From Clostridium sp. (GTDB lineage: Bacteria > Bacteroidota > Bacteroidia > Bacteroidales > Muribaculaceae), in the NCBI GenBank assembly GCA_023666615.1, contig JAMPBQ010000001.1, positions 234,621 to 298,620 on the forward strand: 64,000 bases of DNA. The letters are read 5' to 3'. The notes under the pieces were generated by a model. That model did no database searches, was not told where the DNA came from, and saw nothing but the letters and a program-made list of their open reading frames with translations. Position 1 is the first letter of the stretch; each line of letters begins with the position of its first letter. Shown here piece by piece: positions 49,714 to 61,597 of this stretch. The translations under genes and the position numbers were made by a program.

Positions 49714-51105
49714 ATGATTAACGATACCCACATACAGCTTTGGGACAAATGCCGTGACATTATACGCGACAACATCCCCCAGGAACAATACGACGCCTGG
49801 TTCAAGGACATTTCCTCCTATGGATTTGGAGGAAACGTGCTCACTCTCTATGTGCCCTCGCCTTATTATGTGGAGTATCTCGAAGAAAAGTATCTGCGGA
49901 TCCTCAAGCCGGCCATAGCAAGCGTATATGGCCCCGGCACAGAGCTCTGTTATCGTTTCTATCAAGTTAACGGTCAACAAGATACGGCCGTAAACATCAA
50001 GAGCGAGAACCCCAGCAAGGCTATTCTTGATAGGCAGAAGGCCCAACCGGCCAATCCTTTCAAAGCTCAGCCTGACAATGATATAGACTCTCAGCTAAAT
50101 CCGCGATATACCTTCGACAACTATTGCATGGGAGAAAGCAATAAGATTGCGCGCGCAATAGGCCAGTCAATCGCCGACAATCCGAAGATTCAGACATTCA
50201 ACCCCCTCTTTCTCTTCGGCCCCACAGGCGTAGGCAAGACGCACCTCATCCAGGCAATAGGCATACGCATAAAGGAGCGCAATCCGCAGGCAAGAGTCCT
50301 GTATGTGACTTCACGCTTGTTTGAAAGCCAATACACCGCCGCTGTGGCAAACAAGAACACCAATAGCTTCTACCATTTCTACCAAAGCATTGACACCCTG
50401 ATAATCGATGACATACAGGATTTGCGCGGAAAGGTGGGAACACAAGGCACATTCTTCCACATATTCAACCATTTGCACCAAAACAACAGGCAAATCATAC
50501 TTTCATCAGATTGCCCGCCATCTGAGATGGAGGGCTTTGAGGCAAGGCTACTTGGCCGATTCAAATGGGGCATGACCGCCGAGCTTGGCAAGCCCGACCT
50601 TGACTTGCGCCGCCAGGTGCTCCACAATCAAGCCGCGCAAAACGGCCTTGACATACCCGAAGATGTGATTGAATACATAGCGGCCACAGTCACTGAAAGC
50701 ATCCGCGACCTCGTGGGCATAGTGGTTTCGCTCGTGGCGCATGCTACGGTCAACAATTGCGACATAACCCTTGACTTGGCCCGTCAGGTAGTGGAGCATG
50801 CCGTAAGGATGAGCAAGCGCACAGTCAACTTTGAGCTGATAGCGCAGGAGGTAAGCAACTATTACAATATAGACTGCGACATGCTCTTCACGAAGACACG
50901 CAAGCGTGAAGTGAGCGACGCGCGCCAGGTGGTGATGTACCTGGCCAAGAAGCTGGCGAAGATGCCCATCGTTTCAATTGGCCACCGCATCTCCCGCACC
51001 CACGCCACGGTGAATTACGCATGCAACGTGATTGAGGAGCGCCTCCCCATCGACAAGCAGCTGCAGGCTGACATAACAGCCATCCAAGAAGCCATAATGA
51101 GGTGA
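49714..51105 (+). CDS. dnaA: Chromosomal replication initiator DnaA
   Basis: LNPRYTFDN; FNPLFLFGPTGVGKTHL; LIIDDIQ; FFHIFN.L; domain IV R.R.VS.ARQV.MYL. Confidence 0.98.
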   Translation: MINDTHIQLWDKCRDIIRDNIPQEQYDAWFKDISSYGFGGNVLTLYVPSPYYVEYLEEKYLRILKPAIASVYGPGTELCYRFYQVNGQQDTAVNIKSENPSKAILDRQKAQPANPFKAQPDNDIDSQLNPRYTFDNYCMGESNKIARAIGQSIADNPKIQTFNPLFLFGPTGVGKTHLIQAIGIRIKERNPQARVLYVTSRLFESQYTAAVANKNTNSFYHFYQSIDTLIIDDIQDLRGKVGTQGTFFHIFNHLHQNNRQIILSSDCPPSEMEGFEARLLGRFKWGMTAELGKPDLDLRRQVLHNQAAQNGLDIPEDVIEYIAATVTESIRDLVGIVVSLVAHATVNNCDITLDLARQVVEHAVRMSKRTVNFELIAQEVSNYYNIDCDMLFTKTRKREVSDARQVVMYLAKKLAKMPIVSIGHRISRTHATVNYACNVIEERLPIDKQLQADITAIQEAIMR

Positions 51106-51192
51106 AACGCATCTCCCGGCTGACTCAAACGGATGCCGCCTTTAACTCTTCGGGGCGGGATTTATTGTGTGTCGATTCTTAAAAAGATTTAA

Positions 51193-51227
51193 AAATGGGC
51201 GGCTTGGATGCCGTCCATTTGTTTTTT
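51193..51227 (+). terminator. Terminator of dnaA
   Basis: AAATGGGCGGC-TTGGAT-GCCGTCCATTT followed by GTTTTTT. Confidence 0.7.
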
Positions 51228-51333
51228 CCCCGAAAATTTCGTAACTTTGCGATAAATAAATAGATTTCCAATAACAATTAACACAAGTCTCGCCTATTGT
51301 ACATTTCTACTCTAACCAACATACAAGAATAGA

Positions 51334-51918
51334 ATGCTTAACAAAAAACAGCTCAGTGACGACCAGCTGATCGCCGCTTACGCTAATGGAGACAACGAGT
51401 CTTTCGACATCCTGCTATACCGCCATCAGGCCAACATATATTCCTATATCCTAAAGCTAGTCAAGAACGAAGATCTCGCGAACGACTTCCTGCAGGAGAC
51501 GTTTATGAAAGTTATTTCTACGATTAAACAAGGGAGATACGTGGGCGACGGGCATTTCACCTCGTGGCTGGGGCGGATAGCGCACAATCTCGTTTTTGAC
51601 TATTTCCGCCACGACAAGTCCTCCTCCACCCTATCAACCGACGAGGAGACGGGAGTGCTCAACAGGCGCGAGCTTAGCGAAGGCACGATTGAAGACGCCA
51701 TCATCGGCGACCAAATCCTCAGTGACGTGCAGCGTCTCGTGGGAATGCTCCCCGAGGATCAGCGCGCGGTGGTGGAAATGAGATTCTATGAGGATCTATC
51801 CTTCAAAGAGATTGCCGAGCGCACAGGCGTCAGCATCAACACCGCACTTGGACGCATGCGGTACGCATTGCTCAACATGCGCCGCCGAGCCAAAGAAGCC
51901 AACATCGAGCTTGCTTGA
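51334..51918 (+). CDS. ECF-type RNA polymerase sigma factor
   Basis: Region 2 DFLQETFMK...F.SWL.RIA.N...DYFR; region 4 LSFKEIAE.TGVSINTALGRMRYA; TAACTTTG -7 element at 51242-51249. Confidence 0.93.
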   Translation: MLNKKQLSDDQLIAAYANGDNESFDILLYRHQANIYSYILKLVKNEDLANDFLQETFMKVISTIKQGRYVGDGHFTSWLGRIAHNLVFDYFRHDKSSSTLSTDEETGVLNRRELSEGTIEDAIIGDQILSDVQRLVGMLPEDQRAVVEMRFYEDLSFKEIAERTGVSINTALGRMRYALLNMRRRAKEANIELA

Positions 51919-51988
51919 CGTGCTCCGGCTCCAATCGGGCGCACATATTACTAACCGCTTTAGATTGCGATAACGCGATTTAACCTAA

Positions 51989-53401
51989 ATGTTTGAAACG
52001 ATTTCCAAATGGATCATAGCGGCAGCCGACTTTCTTGGAGGCTATCCGCTATTCCTTTTATTGATAGGAGGCGGCCTCTACCTGTTTTTCAGGTCAGGGT
52101 TCGTCTCTCTGCGTTATCTGCCCGAGGCCATAAAGGCCCTCAGGCAAAAGAGCGACGCCCAAAACGGCCAGATTTCTTCCGCTCAGGCCCTCGCGTCGGT
52201 TGTGGCCGCCACGATCGGCCTTGGCAACATCGCCGGCGTGGCCATAGCCCTTGTGGTAGGCGGGCCGGGGGCCATATTCTGGATGTGGGTGAGCGCGCTG
52301 GTGGGCATGTCCACCAAATACCATGAAGGCGTCCTTGCCATCATCTACAAGGGCAAGGGCAGCGACGGCAGCCCGCAAGGGGGGCCTATGTACATTATAG
52401 AAAACGGCCTTGGGCGGAAATTCAAGCCATTGGCCGTATTCTTCGCGATTGCGGGCATGTTTGGCACCCTTTGCATTATGAACGCAAACCAGCTGACCGA
52501 GGCCTTTATGAGCGTATTCACCTCGCCCGAAGGGCTTGAGGCAAGCGGCGCGCTCAACAGCATTGGCTCGCTGATAGGCATGACCAACGACCAGGTGTTC
52601 AAGCTCCTTTTTGGCATCGTGTTGGCTTTTATCGTGGCCCTGGTGGTGCTCCGCGGCATCAAGCGCATAGCGCGCGTGGCGTCAGTGCTCGTCCCCTTTA
52701 TGGTCGGAGCGTATTTCATAATGGTGGCATATATCATAATCACCCACATTTCTGATGTGCCCGCCGTATTCGCCAGCATATTCCGCGAGGCCTTTTATCC
52801 GCAGGCCGGCCTTGGCGCAATAATATACATAGCAATGACCGGCGCCCGCAGGGCCGCGCTTGTGAATGACGCCGGCATCGGCACCGGCTCAATCATGCAC
52901 GGCGCCTCGCGCAACAATGAGCCGGTGCGCGAAGGGCTTGTGGCTATGCTTGGCCCCAGCATCGATTCCGGCCTGGTATGCACGCTTACGGCCTTTGCGA
53001 TTCTGCTGTGCGGCAATATTGAAGTCGAGGGGGTGAAGGGCCTGCAGGTGGCCATGGCCGCCTTTGCCGCCGGCATTCCTTACGGCGAGTATCTGCTGAT
53101 ATTGATTGTGGCATGCTTTGCCCTTTCGTCAATGTTTTCCTACTCGTTCTACGGCACTCGCTGCGCCGCTTATCTATTCGGCGAAAAAAATGCGAAATTC
53201 TATACGTGGGCGTTCATCCTTACCCTTGTAGTCTTCGCGGTCATCCCCTTGGAGGCGGCCGTAGGGCTTTGCGACTTGTTCTATGCCCTAATGGCCATCC
53301 CCACTATGATTGCCTTGCTGGCCCTGGGCTCAAAAGTCAGGGCCGCCACCAAAGAATACCATTCGAGGATGGCCGAGAAAGAACCAGAAAAACTTAAATG
53401 A
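51989..53401 (+). CDS. Alanine/glycine:cation symporter (AGCS family)
   Basis: ATIGLGNIAGVA.A...GGPGAIFWMW; GGPMYII; DAG.G; F.FS. Confidence 0.93.
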   Translation: MFETISKWIIAAADFLGGYPLFLLLIGGGLYLFFRSGFVSLRYLPEAIKALRQKSDAQNGQISSAQALASVVAATIGLGNIAGVAIALVVGGPGAIFWMWVSALVGMSTKYHEGVLAIIYKGKGSDGSPQGGPMYIIENGLGRKFKPLAVFFAIAGMFGTLCIMNANQLTEAFMSVFTSPEGLEASGALNSIGSLIGMTNDQVFKLLFGIVLAFIVALVVLRGIKRIARVASVLVPFMVGAYFIMVAYIIITHISDVPAVFASIFREAFYPQAGLGAIIYIAMTGARRAALVNDAGIGTGSIMHGASRNNEPVREGLVAMLGPSIDSGLVCTLTAFAILLCGNIEVEGVKGLQVAMAAFAAGIPYGEYLLILIVACFALSSMFSYSFYGTRCAAYLFGEKNAKFYTWAFILTLVVFAVIPLEAAVGLCDLFYALMAIPTMIALLALGSKVRAATKEYHSRMAEKEPEKLK

Positions 53402-53418
53402 CATAAACATAATTTCTT

Positions 53419-54270
53419 ATGCTTGCCGCATCTATTGTATGGGACGTAAGCCCCGAATTGTTTAGCCTTGGGCCAATCCACGTGCGCTGGTACGGGCTGA
53501 TGTTCGCCATTGGATTCTGGATTGGCACGGAAATCGTTTCGCGAATGTTCAAGCACGAGGGCGCGCCGGAGCGCTGGGTGGGAATATTGTTGATTTATGT
53601 GGTGATAGCCACTATCGTAGGCGCGCGCCTTGGCCATGTGTTCTTCTACGAGTGGGACTATTACAGCCAGCATCCCGGCGAGATTGTGCAGTTCTGGCGC
53701 GGGGGCCTGGCAAGCCATGGCGGCACGATAGCCATTATATTGGCTGTGTTCGCATATTCGTGGCTGGTGACAAAGCGAAGCCCCCTGTGGACATTCGACC
53801 GCCTTGTGATACCGATCGCCCTCGTCGGCGGCCTGATACGCCTTGGCAACCTTTTCAATTCAGAAATCTTCGGCGGCCCCACGTCGCTGCCCTGGGGCTT
53901 TGAATTTGTGCGCTCAAGGGAATGGCACTACTATTTTGAGGGCCTGGCCTGCCACCCCACGCAGATTTACGAATCTTTGGCCTATTTCGCCCTTTTCGCC
54001 CTGCTGATGTGGATGTACTGGAAAAAGAACGCTGAAGAGCGCCCCGGGCTAATATTCGGCGTTTTCCTCACTTTCCTCTTCGCCGCGAGATTCATAATTG
54101 AGTTCATCAAGAATCCCCAAGAGGACTTTGAGCGCGACATGCTCCTAAACATGGGCCAGCTGCTGAGCATTCCCTTCATCTTGGCCGGCTTAGCCTTGAT
54201 AATATATTCGCTATGCCGACCTAAAGTGAAGCTGAAATTCCCGAACAAATTCGCCGACTCGAAAAAGTAA
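53419..54270 (+). CDS. lgt: Prolipoprotein diacylglyceryl transferase
   Basis: RWYGLMF; GARLGH; GGLASHGG; RLGNLFNSEIFG; HPTQIYE. Confidence 0.96.
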   Translation: MLAASIVWDVSPELFSLGPIHVRWYGLMFAIGFWIGTEIVSRMFKHEGAPERWVGILLIYVVIATIVGARLGHVFFYEWDYYSQHPGEIVQFWRGGLASHGGTIAIILAVFAYSWLVTKRSPLWTFDRLVIPIALVGGLIRLGNLFNSEIFGGPTSLPWGFEFVRSREWHYYFEGLACHPTQIYESLAYFALFALLMWMYWKKNAEERPGLIFGVFLTFLFAARFIIEFIKNPQEDFERDMLLNMGQLLSIPFILAGLALIIYSLCRPKVKLKFPNKFADSKK

Positions 54271-54276
54271 ACGCAT

Positions 54277-54312
54277 CCCCGAAGAGCCAATCAGCCTTTC
54301 GGGGTTTCTTTT
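54277..54312 (+). terminator. Terminator of lgt
   Basis: CCCCGAA...TTCGGGG followed by TTTCTTTT. Confidence 0.7.
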
Positions 54313-54495
54313 GCCTAATAGAAATTTCACACTTAATTTTTGAGCTTTTGCGAACTAATTTTGCCACAAGATTGTTGCATTTGGGGCAATTGATATTGTA
54401 TTTTTTAATAAAAATCATTAACTTTGCGCCTACAACCTGCTTTTGACTATTTTTTTGAGAAATAAAAACTTTTACGTTACAACACGCGCGAAATT

Positions 54496-55278
54496 ATGAA
54501 ATTTGTTAAGTTATTGGCCGTTATGGCCATAGCGGCACTCGCCTCCTGTGGCACTCCAAAGAATATAGCTTATTTCCAGGATGTGCAGGGCGGGTCAGAG
54601 ATACACGTATCGCAGCCTTACCAAGTGAAAGTGCAGCCCGGCGACAAGCTGCGCATCATCGTATCAACACAGGACGAACGCCTCACCAATATGTTCAACA
54701 TATCCAGCGGATCCGGCTCAACATCCGTCAGCGGATCAGGCGGTGGCGGACTGGGCTACACAGTGACCAGCCAAGGCACCATCGACTTCCCCGTTGTGGG
54801 CGAAGTAAGGGTGGCCGGCATGAACCGCGAGCAAATCGCCGCCGAGATTAAGGGAATACTTCAGAGCCGCGACCTCATAAAGGAGCCCGTGGTGATCGTA
54901 GACTTCCTCAACCTTGGGGTGACAGTCCTTGGAGACGTAAAAAGCCCTGGGCACTTCTCGATAAGCAATGACCGATACACTATCCTTGAGGCGATAGCCG
55001 ACGCCGGCGACCTTGCCATCACGGGCGAACGCACCAACATCAAAATCATCCGCCAGGAAGTGGGAAAGCAAAGCGTATACGAGGTTAACCTTAACAACGC
55101 GACCGAGCTATACTCATCCCCGGCATTCTTCTTGCAGCAAAACGATGTGATATACGTTACGCCCAACAACAAGAAGAAGCGCGAGTCCACAATCAATGGC
55201 AACACGCCGCTCACCTACGGATTCTGGATGTCGCTTGCAAGCTTCCTGATGTCAACCGCCCTCTTCATCACCCGATAG
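54496..55278 (+). CDS. wza: Polysaccharide export lipoprotein (Wza/OPX family)
   Basis: Lipobox LASC; IAYFQD; GTIDFPVVG.V.VAG; SLBB domain TILEAIA.AGDL; TAACTTTG -7 element at 54419-54426. Confidence 0.92.
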   Translation: MKFVKLLAVMAIAALASCGTPKNIAYFQDVQGGSEIHVSQPYQVKVQPGDKLRIIVSTQDERLTNMFNISSGSGSTSVSGSGGGGLGYTVTSQGTIDFPVVGEVRVAGMNREQIAAEIKGILQSRDLIKEPVVIVDFLNLGVTVLGDVKSPGHFSISNDRYTILEAIADAGDLAITGERTNIKIIRQEVGKQSVYEVNLNNATELYSSPAFFLQQNDVIYVTPNNKKKRESTINGNTPLTYGFWMSLASFLMSTALFITR

Positions 55279-55329
55279 GCGCAGCATCTCATAAATCAGA
55301 TTCCCAGCATCTCTTCATAAAACCAATTT

Positions 55330-57756
55330 ATGTCAGAAGAATCTAAAAATCAGGGACAAGAAGCCGAGAACAGCATCAATTTTCTCGACATTCTCAGCCG
55401 CAGCATCGCCAATTGGTATTGGTTTGTGGCATCGATAGCCCTCTGCATGGGCATTGCGTTGTGGGTGATTCTTCGCACTCCACCTCTCTACACCCAATCG
55501 GCTTCTCTCCTTATCAAGGAGCAGGGCAAGGGCAAGTCAATGGGCAGCGTTGGAGACGCCTTCAACGATTTCGGCATGTTCACGTCCAATGTGAACATAA
55601 ACAACGAAATGGTGACTATGCGCTCCTCCGCCACTGTGGAAGAGGTGGTGAAGCGCCTTGGCCTAGAAATGAACTATTGGAAGCCAGGGCGGTTCCATGA
55701 CCAAATCCTCTACGGAAAGACAGTGCCGCTTGTGGCCAATATCGTCGACGCCGCGCCCCAGCTCAGCGCCTCATTCACCATCGAATACAAGCCCGACGGG
55801 AAGGTGACGCTTTCTCAATTCAAGGTCAACGGCCAAGAAGAGTCCAACACGGCCACCGGCTACATTGGCGACTCTATCGCCACCCCCGCCGGCGTGATTA
55901 TCATTGCCCAGGGCCCGGCATTTGACGAAAATAGCCAGATTAAGGTGCTGGTGGCGAAGACGAGCCTCGCCGCGGCAGTGGGCAAATACAAGAGCGAGCT
56001 TGAGATAGCGCAAAAAAGCAAAGAGACGTCAATCGTCACCCTCTCAATCACTGACGGGTCTGTGGCGAGGGCCGACGATGTGCTTATGGCCCTGATCACC
56101 GTCTACAATGAAAATTGGGTGCGGGACAAGAACCAAATAGCCGTGAGCACCTCAATGTTCATCAACGACCGCCTTGGCATCATTGAAAACGAGCTTGGAA
56201 ATGTTGACAATGACATCTCCTCATACAAGAGCGAGCATTTGATTCCAGACGTGCAAGCCGCCGCATCGATGTACATGAACCAGGCCACACAGGCGCAGAC
56301 CAGCATCACCGAGCTCAACAATCAGGCATACATGGCGCGATACGTGCGCAATTACCTGGCTAATGACGCAAACAAATACGAGCTTCTGCCCGTGACCGGC
56401 GGCCTGGCCGACCAAGCCATCTCGGCTCAAATCACGGAATACAACCGCCTGCTGCGCGAGCGCAACAGCCTGGCCAACGTCAGCTCCGACCGCAACCCAT
56501 TGGTGCAGGAGATGGACGCAAACCTAAGCGAAATCCGCTCAACAATGATTGCGTCAATCGACAATCAGCTTGTCGCCCTCAACGCCCGAATCCACAGCCT
56601 GCAGAACGTGGGCAACACAGCCACATCCAAAATCGCCTCAAATCCCAATCAGGCGAAGCACCTCCTTTCAGTGGAACGCCAACAAAAGGTGAAGGAAAGC
56701 CTTTACCTCTACCTGCTGCAAAAGCGCGAGGAAAACGAGCTTTCGCAGGCCTTCACGGCCTACAACACCCGCATTACCGAGGTGCCGGGCGGAAGCACGG
56801 CTCCAGTAGCGCCGAAGAAAGGACAAATTCTGTTGATAGCCTTTGTGATAGGACTGGCTATTCCCATAGGAATCCTCGTCCTAAGCGAAATGCTCAACAC
56901 AGTGGTGCGCGGCCGCAAGGACCTCGACAAGCTCACCGTGCCCTACGTGGGCGAGCTGCCGCAGGCCGACGGCAAGCGCCTGAAGGCGACAATACCGCAG
57001 CGCATCCTCAACCTCGGCAAGAATGTTGATGGGCACGCAAAGAAGGAATCTACGTTGGTGGCCGTTAAGGACGGCAGCCGCAACGTAATCAACGAGGCCT
57101 TCCGCGTGGTGCGCACCAACCTCGAATTCATGCTTGGACCCGATTCGCACAGCGTAATCGCCATTACCTCGGCCAATCCCGGCAGCGGCAAAACGTTCGC
57201 CACCTTCAACCTCGCGGCCGCATTCGCCCTGAAAGGGAAGCGCGTGGCCGTTGTGGACCTTGACTTGCGAAAAGGATCGCTCTCAAAGTACGGAGGGAAA
57301 GACCGAAAGTCGGAAGGCATTTCCGACTATCTGGCCGGAAGGGTTTCAGACGTGACGGAAATCATAGTGCATAACGCCGCAGGCGTAAAGGTCGATCTTA
57401 TCCCGTCCGGCACTTTGCCCCCCAACCCCACCGAACTCCTCTTCTCTCCCCTGCTCCCCGAGCTGCTGGAGACCCTAAAAGCCCACTATGATTATGTGTT
57501 CCTCGACTGCCCGCCCGTAGAGGTAGTGGCCGACACATCAATCATCAACAAGCTGGCCGACAAGACTATCTTCATCATCCGCGCCGGGCTGTTAGAGCGC
57601 TCGATGCTGCCTGAGATAGAGAAATTCTACACCACCAATAAGTACCAGAACATGTCAATCCTCCTCAACGGCACAGAATCGTCGCACGGCAAATATGGTT
57701 ACCGCTACGGTTACAAGTATGGTTACCGATATGGATCTTACATGAAGGAGGATTAA
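55330..57756 (+). CDS. wzc: Polysaccharide co-polymerase/BY-kinase
   Basis: Two TMs; EAFRVVRTN; Walker A TSANPGSGKT; VDLDLR; DYVFLDCPP; tyrosine cluster YGYRYGYKYGYRYGSY. Confidence 0.95.
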   Translation: MSEESKNQGQEAENSINFLDILSRSIANWYWFVASIALCMGIALWVILRTPPLYTQSASLLIKEQGKGKSMGSVGDAFNDFGMFTSNVNINNEMVTMRSSATVEEVVKRLGLEMNYWKPGRFHDQILYGKTVPLVANIVDAAPQLSASFTIEYKPDGKVTLSQFKVNGQEESNTATGYIGDSIATPAGVIIIAQGPAFDENSQIKVLVAKTSLAAAVGKYKSELEIAQKSKETSIVTLSITDGSVARADDVLMALITVYNENWVRDKNQIAVSTSMFINDRLGIIENELGNVDNDISSYKSEHLIPDVQAAASMYMNQATQAQTSITELNNQAYMARYVRNYLANDANKYELLPVTGGLADQAISAQITEYNRLLRERNSLANVSSDRNPLVQEMDANLSEIRSTMIASIDNQLVALNARIHSLQNVGNTATSKIASNPNQAKHLLSVERQQKVKESLYLYLLQKREENELSQAFTAYNTRITEVPGGSTAPVAPKKGQILLIAFVIGLAIPIGILVLSEMLNTVVRGRKDLDKLTVPYVGELPQADGKRLKATIPQRILNLGKNVDGHAKKESTLVAVKDGSRNVINEAFRVVRTNLEFMLGPDSHSVIAITSANPGSGKTFATFNLAAAFALKGKRVAVVDLDLRKGSLSKYGGKDRKSEGISDYLAGRVSDVTEIIVHNAAGVKVDLIPSGTLPPNPTELLFSPLLPELLETLKAHYDYVFLDCPPVEVVADTSIINKLADKTIFIIRAGLLERSMLPEIEKFYTTNKYQNMSILLNGTESSHGKYGYRYGYKYGYRYGSYMKED

Positions 57757-57817
57757 GTCTAATTTTTTGCTTAAATTGGTGGAAATTTGCAGAAAAAATA
57801 GCTATCTTTGCGCATAG

Positions 57818-59161
<1,344 letters not shown>

Positions 59162-59210
59162 TCGACAATAACGGGAAGGCGAATTTCAATCGCCTCTGCA
59201 ACCACCTTAT

Positions 59211-59247
59211 AAAAAGGCGTCTGGCATATACGGTCGGACGCCTTTTT
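59211..59247 (+). terminator. Terminator of eno
   Basis: AAAAAGGCGTCTG-11 nt-CGGACGCCTTTTT. Confidence 0.75.
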
Positions 59248-59423
59248 GGCTATATCAATCGCTCACATTGGTTGTGGCCGCGCATTTATAATTCAAATTT
59301 TTGTCGGATGGTACAATAAAACGATGGATGAAGCGTTAATAAAGATGAAATAAGGTCTTTTAACGCAAGTTGGAGCCATTTCAACGAGATAATTTTCCTA
59401 CACGACAACAAATCATATAAAAA

Positions 59424-60536
59424 ATGTCCATAGACATTTGGTTATACATAGACCTTTTTGCGTTCCTTATGGTAGTGCTTCTAACAGGAGTGCTGATTCC
59501 GCAGATATTATTGATAGCATTCAGAAAAAATCTGTTGGATTTGCCCGATGAGCGCAAAATACACAAAGTAGCAGTGCCTCGACTTGGCGGACTGGCTTTT
59601 TTTCCATCCATACTATTCACCATGTCATTGGCATTTGGAGTGTTTAGGCAAGCCTATCCTAATGTATTGCTTTCAATACCAAACTATAACATAACAAGCT
59701 TGTGCTTTCTCATATGCGCGGCGGTCATTCTTTATGTAGTAGGCATAGCCGATGACCTTATTGGGCTGAGGTATAGGGCAAAATTTGCCGCGCAAATATT
59801 TGGTTCGCTTCTTTTGATACTTGGCGGAATACAAATTACAAATCTTCACGGCTTCATTGGAATTACCGAACTCCAGCCGTGGGCTTCGTTCCTGCTTACC
59901 GTTTTGCTGACAGTTTTCATCACAAATTCCATCAATCTTATTGACGGCATTGATGGCCTTGCCTCCGGCCTAAGCGCCATAGCCTTTGGATTCTATGGCA
60001 CGGTGTTCTATTTTACCGGCCACCACATTTATGCAATGATATGCTTCTGCACGCTTGGAGCCCTCGTGCCTTTCTTTTATTACAATGTGTTTGGAAACGC
60101 CACGAAGCATGGCAAAATATTTATGGGTGATACTGGAGCGCTCACCATTGGCCTCCTTTTGAGCGTAATGAGCATTTGCATTTGCAATATTCAAGATTCA
60201 CAATTGCCGATAAATCCAGCCGTGGCTGCATTTACGCCTTTGATGATTCCATGCTGCGACGTGGTGCGCGTCTACATTAAGCGTATCAAAGAACGACGCA
60301 ATCCGTTCATGCCAGATAAGACACATATCCACCACAAGCTGTTGGCCCTTGGCATGACTCAGCGAGTGGCCATGCCTTTAATCGTAATCTCAAGCTTTAT
60401 CCTTACCCTAATAAACTATGCGCTCGGATATATAATAAACATTACGCTCCTATTCTGCATAGACCTATTAATTTGGTGCATAGCAAACATGGCGCTTTCC
60501 AGGGCAATCAAACAAAAAAAGAACAATTTCTCTTAA
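59424..60536 (+). CDS. WecA/MraY-family undecaprenyl-phosphate sugar-1-phosphate transferase
   Basis: D.PDERKIH...VPRLGG; GIADD; NSINLIDGIDGLA; IFMGDTG; PDKTHIHH. Confidence 0.93.
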   Translation: MSIDIWLYIDLFAFLMVVLLTGVLIPQILLIAFRKNLLDLPDERKIHKVAVPRLGGLAFFPSILFTMSLAFGVFRQAYPNVLLSIPNYNITSLCFLICAAVILYVVGIADDLIGLRYRAKFAAQIFGSLLLILGGIQITNLHGFIGITELQPWASFLLTVLLTVFITNSINLIDGIDGLASGLSAIAFGFYGTVFYFTGHHIYAMICFCTLGALVPFFYYNVFGNATKHGKIFMGDTGALTIGLLLSVMSICICNIQDSQLPINPAVAAFTPLMIPCCDVVRVYIKRIKERRNPFMPDKTHIHHKLLALGMTQRVAMPLIVISSFILTLINYALGYIINITLLFCIDLLIWCIANMALSRAIKQKKNNFS

Positions 60537-60600
60537 TTATGCGTTAGAATGATGATATGACAATATCAATACTCTTCTATTAATTCATGAGATGTAGTCT

Positions 60601-61587
60601 ATGAAAGTGTTGCAGATCACAACAAATTACCCATGCAAGGAAAATCCCATCTTTGGTATTTTCATGAAAGAACAAGTAGAGTCAGTTGAAAAATTTGGAG
60701 TTGAAAATACCATCATTTTCTCTAATGGATTAAAGAGCAATCCTAAAATTAAATTCAGCGCAAGTTTTATTCATTTGAGGACTTCAATCAAATTGTTTTT
60801 TCATTTAAGGAGGCATAATTATGACATTATTCATTGCCACAATGCCTTAAGCGGACTGATTCTTCAAATAGCATGTGGACTTAATAATCGCAACACGGTA
60901 TTGTCGCTTCAAATCGATCCTGAAACGCCTGGAAGCATTGACCAAAGATTCGCATTTAAGCTTTATCCAAAATTTGCGCGACTAATTGTCAAAAAACAGC
61001 TCAAGAATCAAAAAGAAAAATTTATCTATCTCCCCAATGGGGTAAATATGGAACTTTTTAAGCCAATCCCAAAAGACTATTGCAAGAAAAAGCTCGGATT
61101 GGACCCCAATAAAAGGTACATTTTGTTTGTTGACTCAAATACTTACAAGGCGCGCACACAAAAGAGAAAGGACAGGTTTGACGAAACTTTAAAGATACTT
61201 AAAGATAAATACGGACATTCAGATTTGGAGGAGCTTGTCATGACGAAAACAAATCGAGAAGATGTGCCTCTATGGATGAATGCATGCGATCTTTATCTTT
61301 TGACATCTGATGAAGAAGGTTCTCCCAACGCCGTAAAAGAATGCATGGCTTGCAACGTTCCTGTTGTCGCCACTCCTGTCGGCAATATTCCAGATTTGTT
61401 TGAATCTGTAGACGGATGTTTTATGACTAATACTTTTGACTCAAAAGAATTAGCGGAATCCGCCGATAAAGCACTTAAGCTAAAATCAGGAATCAATACC
61501 CGACAAAGCATCATAGACAAAGGATTGGATATGGACTCCATAGCCGAACGCTTGTACAGCATATATAAAGAATTATCCAACAATTAA
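60601..61587 (+). CDS. Glycosyltransferase, GT4 family
   Basis: IIHCH; LPNGV; MNACDLYLLTS.EEGSPNAVKECMACNVPVVATPVG. Confidence 0.9.
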   Translation: MKVLQITTNYPCKENPIFGIFMKEQVESVEKFGVENTIIFSNGLKSNPKIKFSASFIHLRTSIKLFFHLRRHNYDIIHCHNALSGLILQIACGLNNRNTVLSLQIDPETPGSIDQRFAFKLYPKFARLIVKKQLKNQKEKFIYLPNGVNMELFKPIPKDYCKKKLGLDPNKRYILFVDSNTYKARTQKRKDRFDETLKILKDKYGHSDLEELVMTKTNREDVPLWMNACDLYLLTSDEEGSPNAVKECMACNVPVVATPVGNIPDLFESVDGCFMTNTFDSKELAESADKALKLKSGINTRQSIIDKGLDMDSIAERLYSIYKELSNN

Positions 61588-61597
61588 CCACAACCCG

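Noticed and set aside
54313-54495. Invertible promoter upstream of wza
   Set aside because: No convincing inverted repeats flank the -7 element (best match about 6 nt) and no recombinase is nearby.
57690-57740. GYRYGYKYGYRYG repeat at the end of wzc
   Set aside because: The standard BY-kinase autophosphorylation tyrosine cluster.
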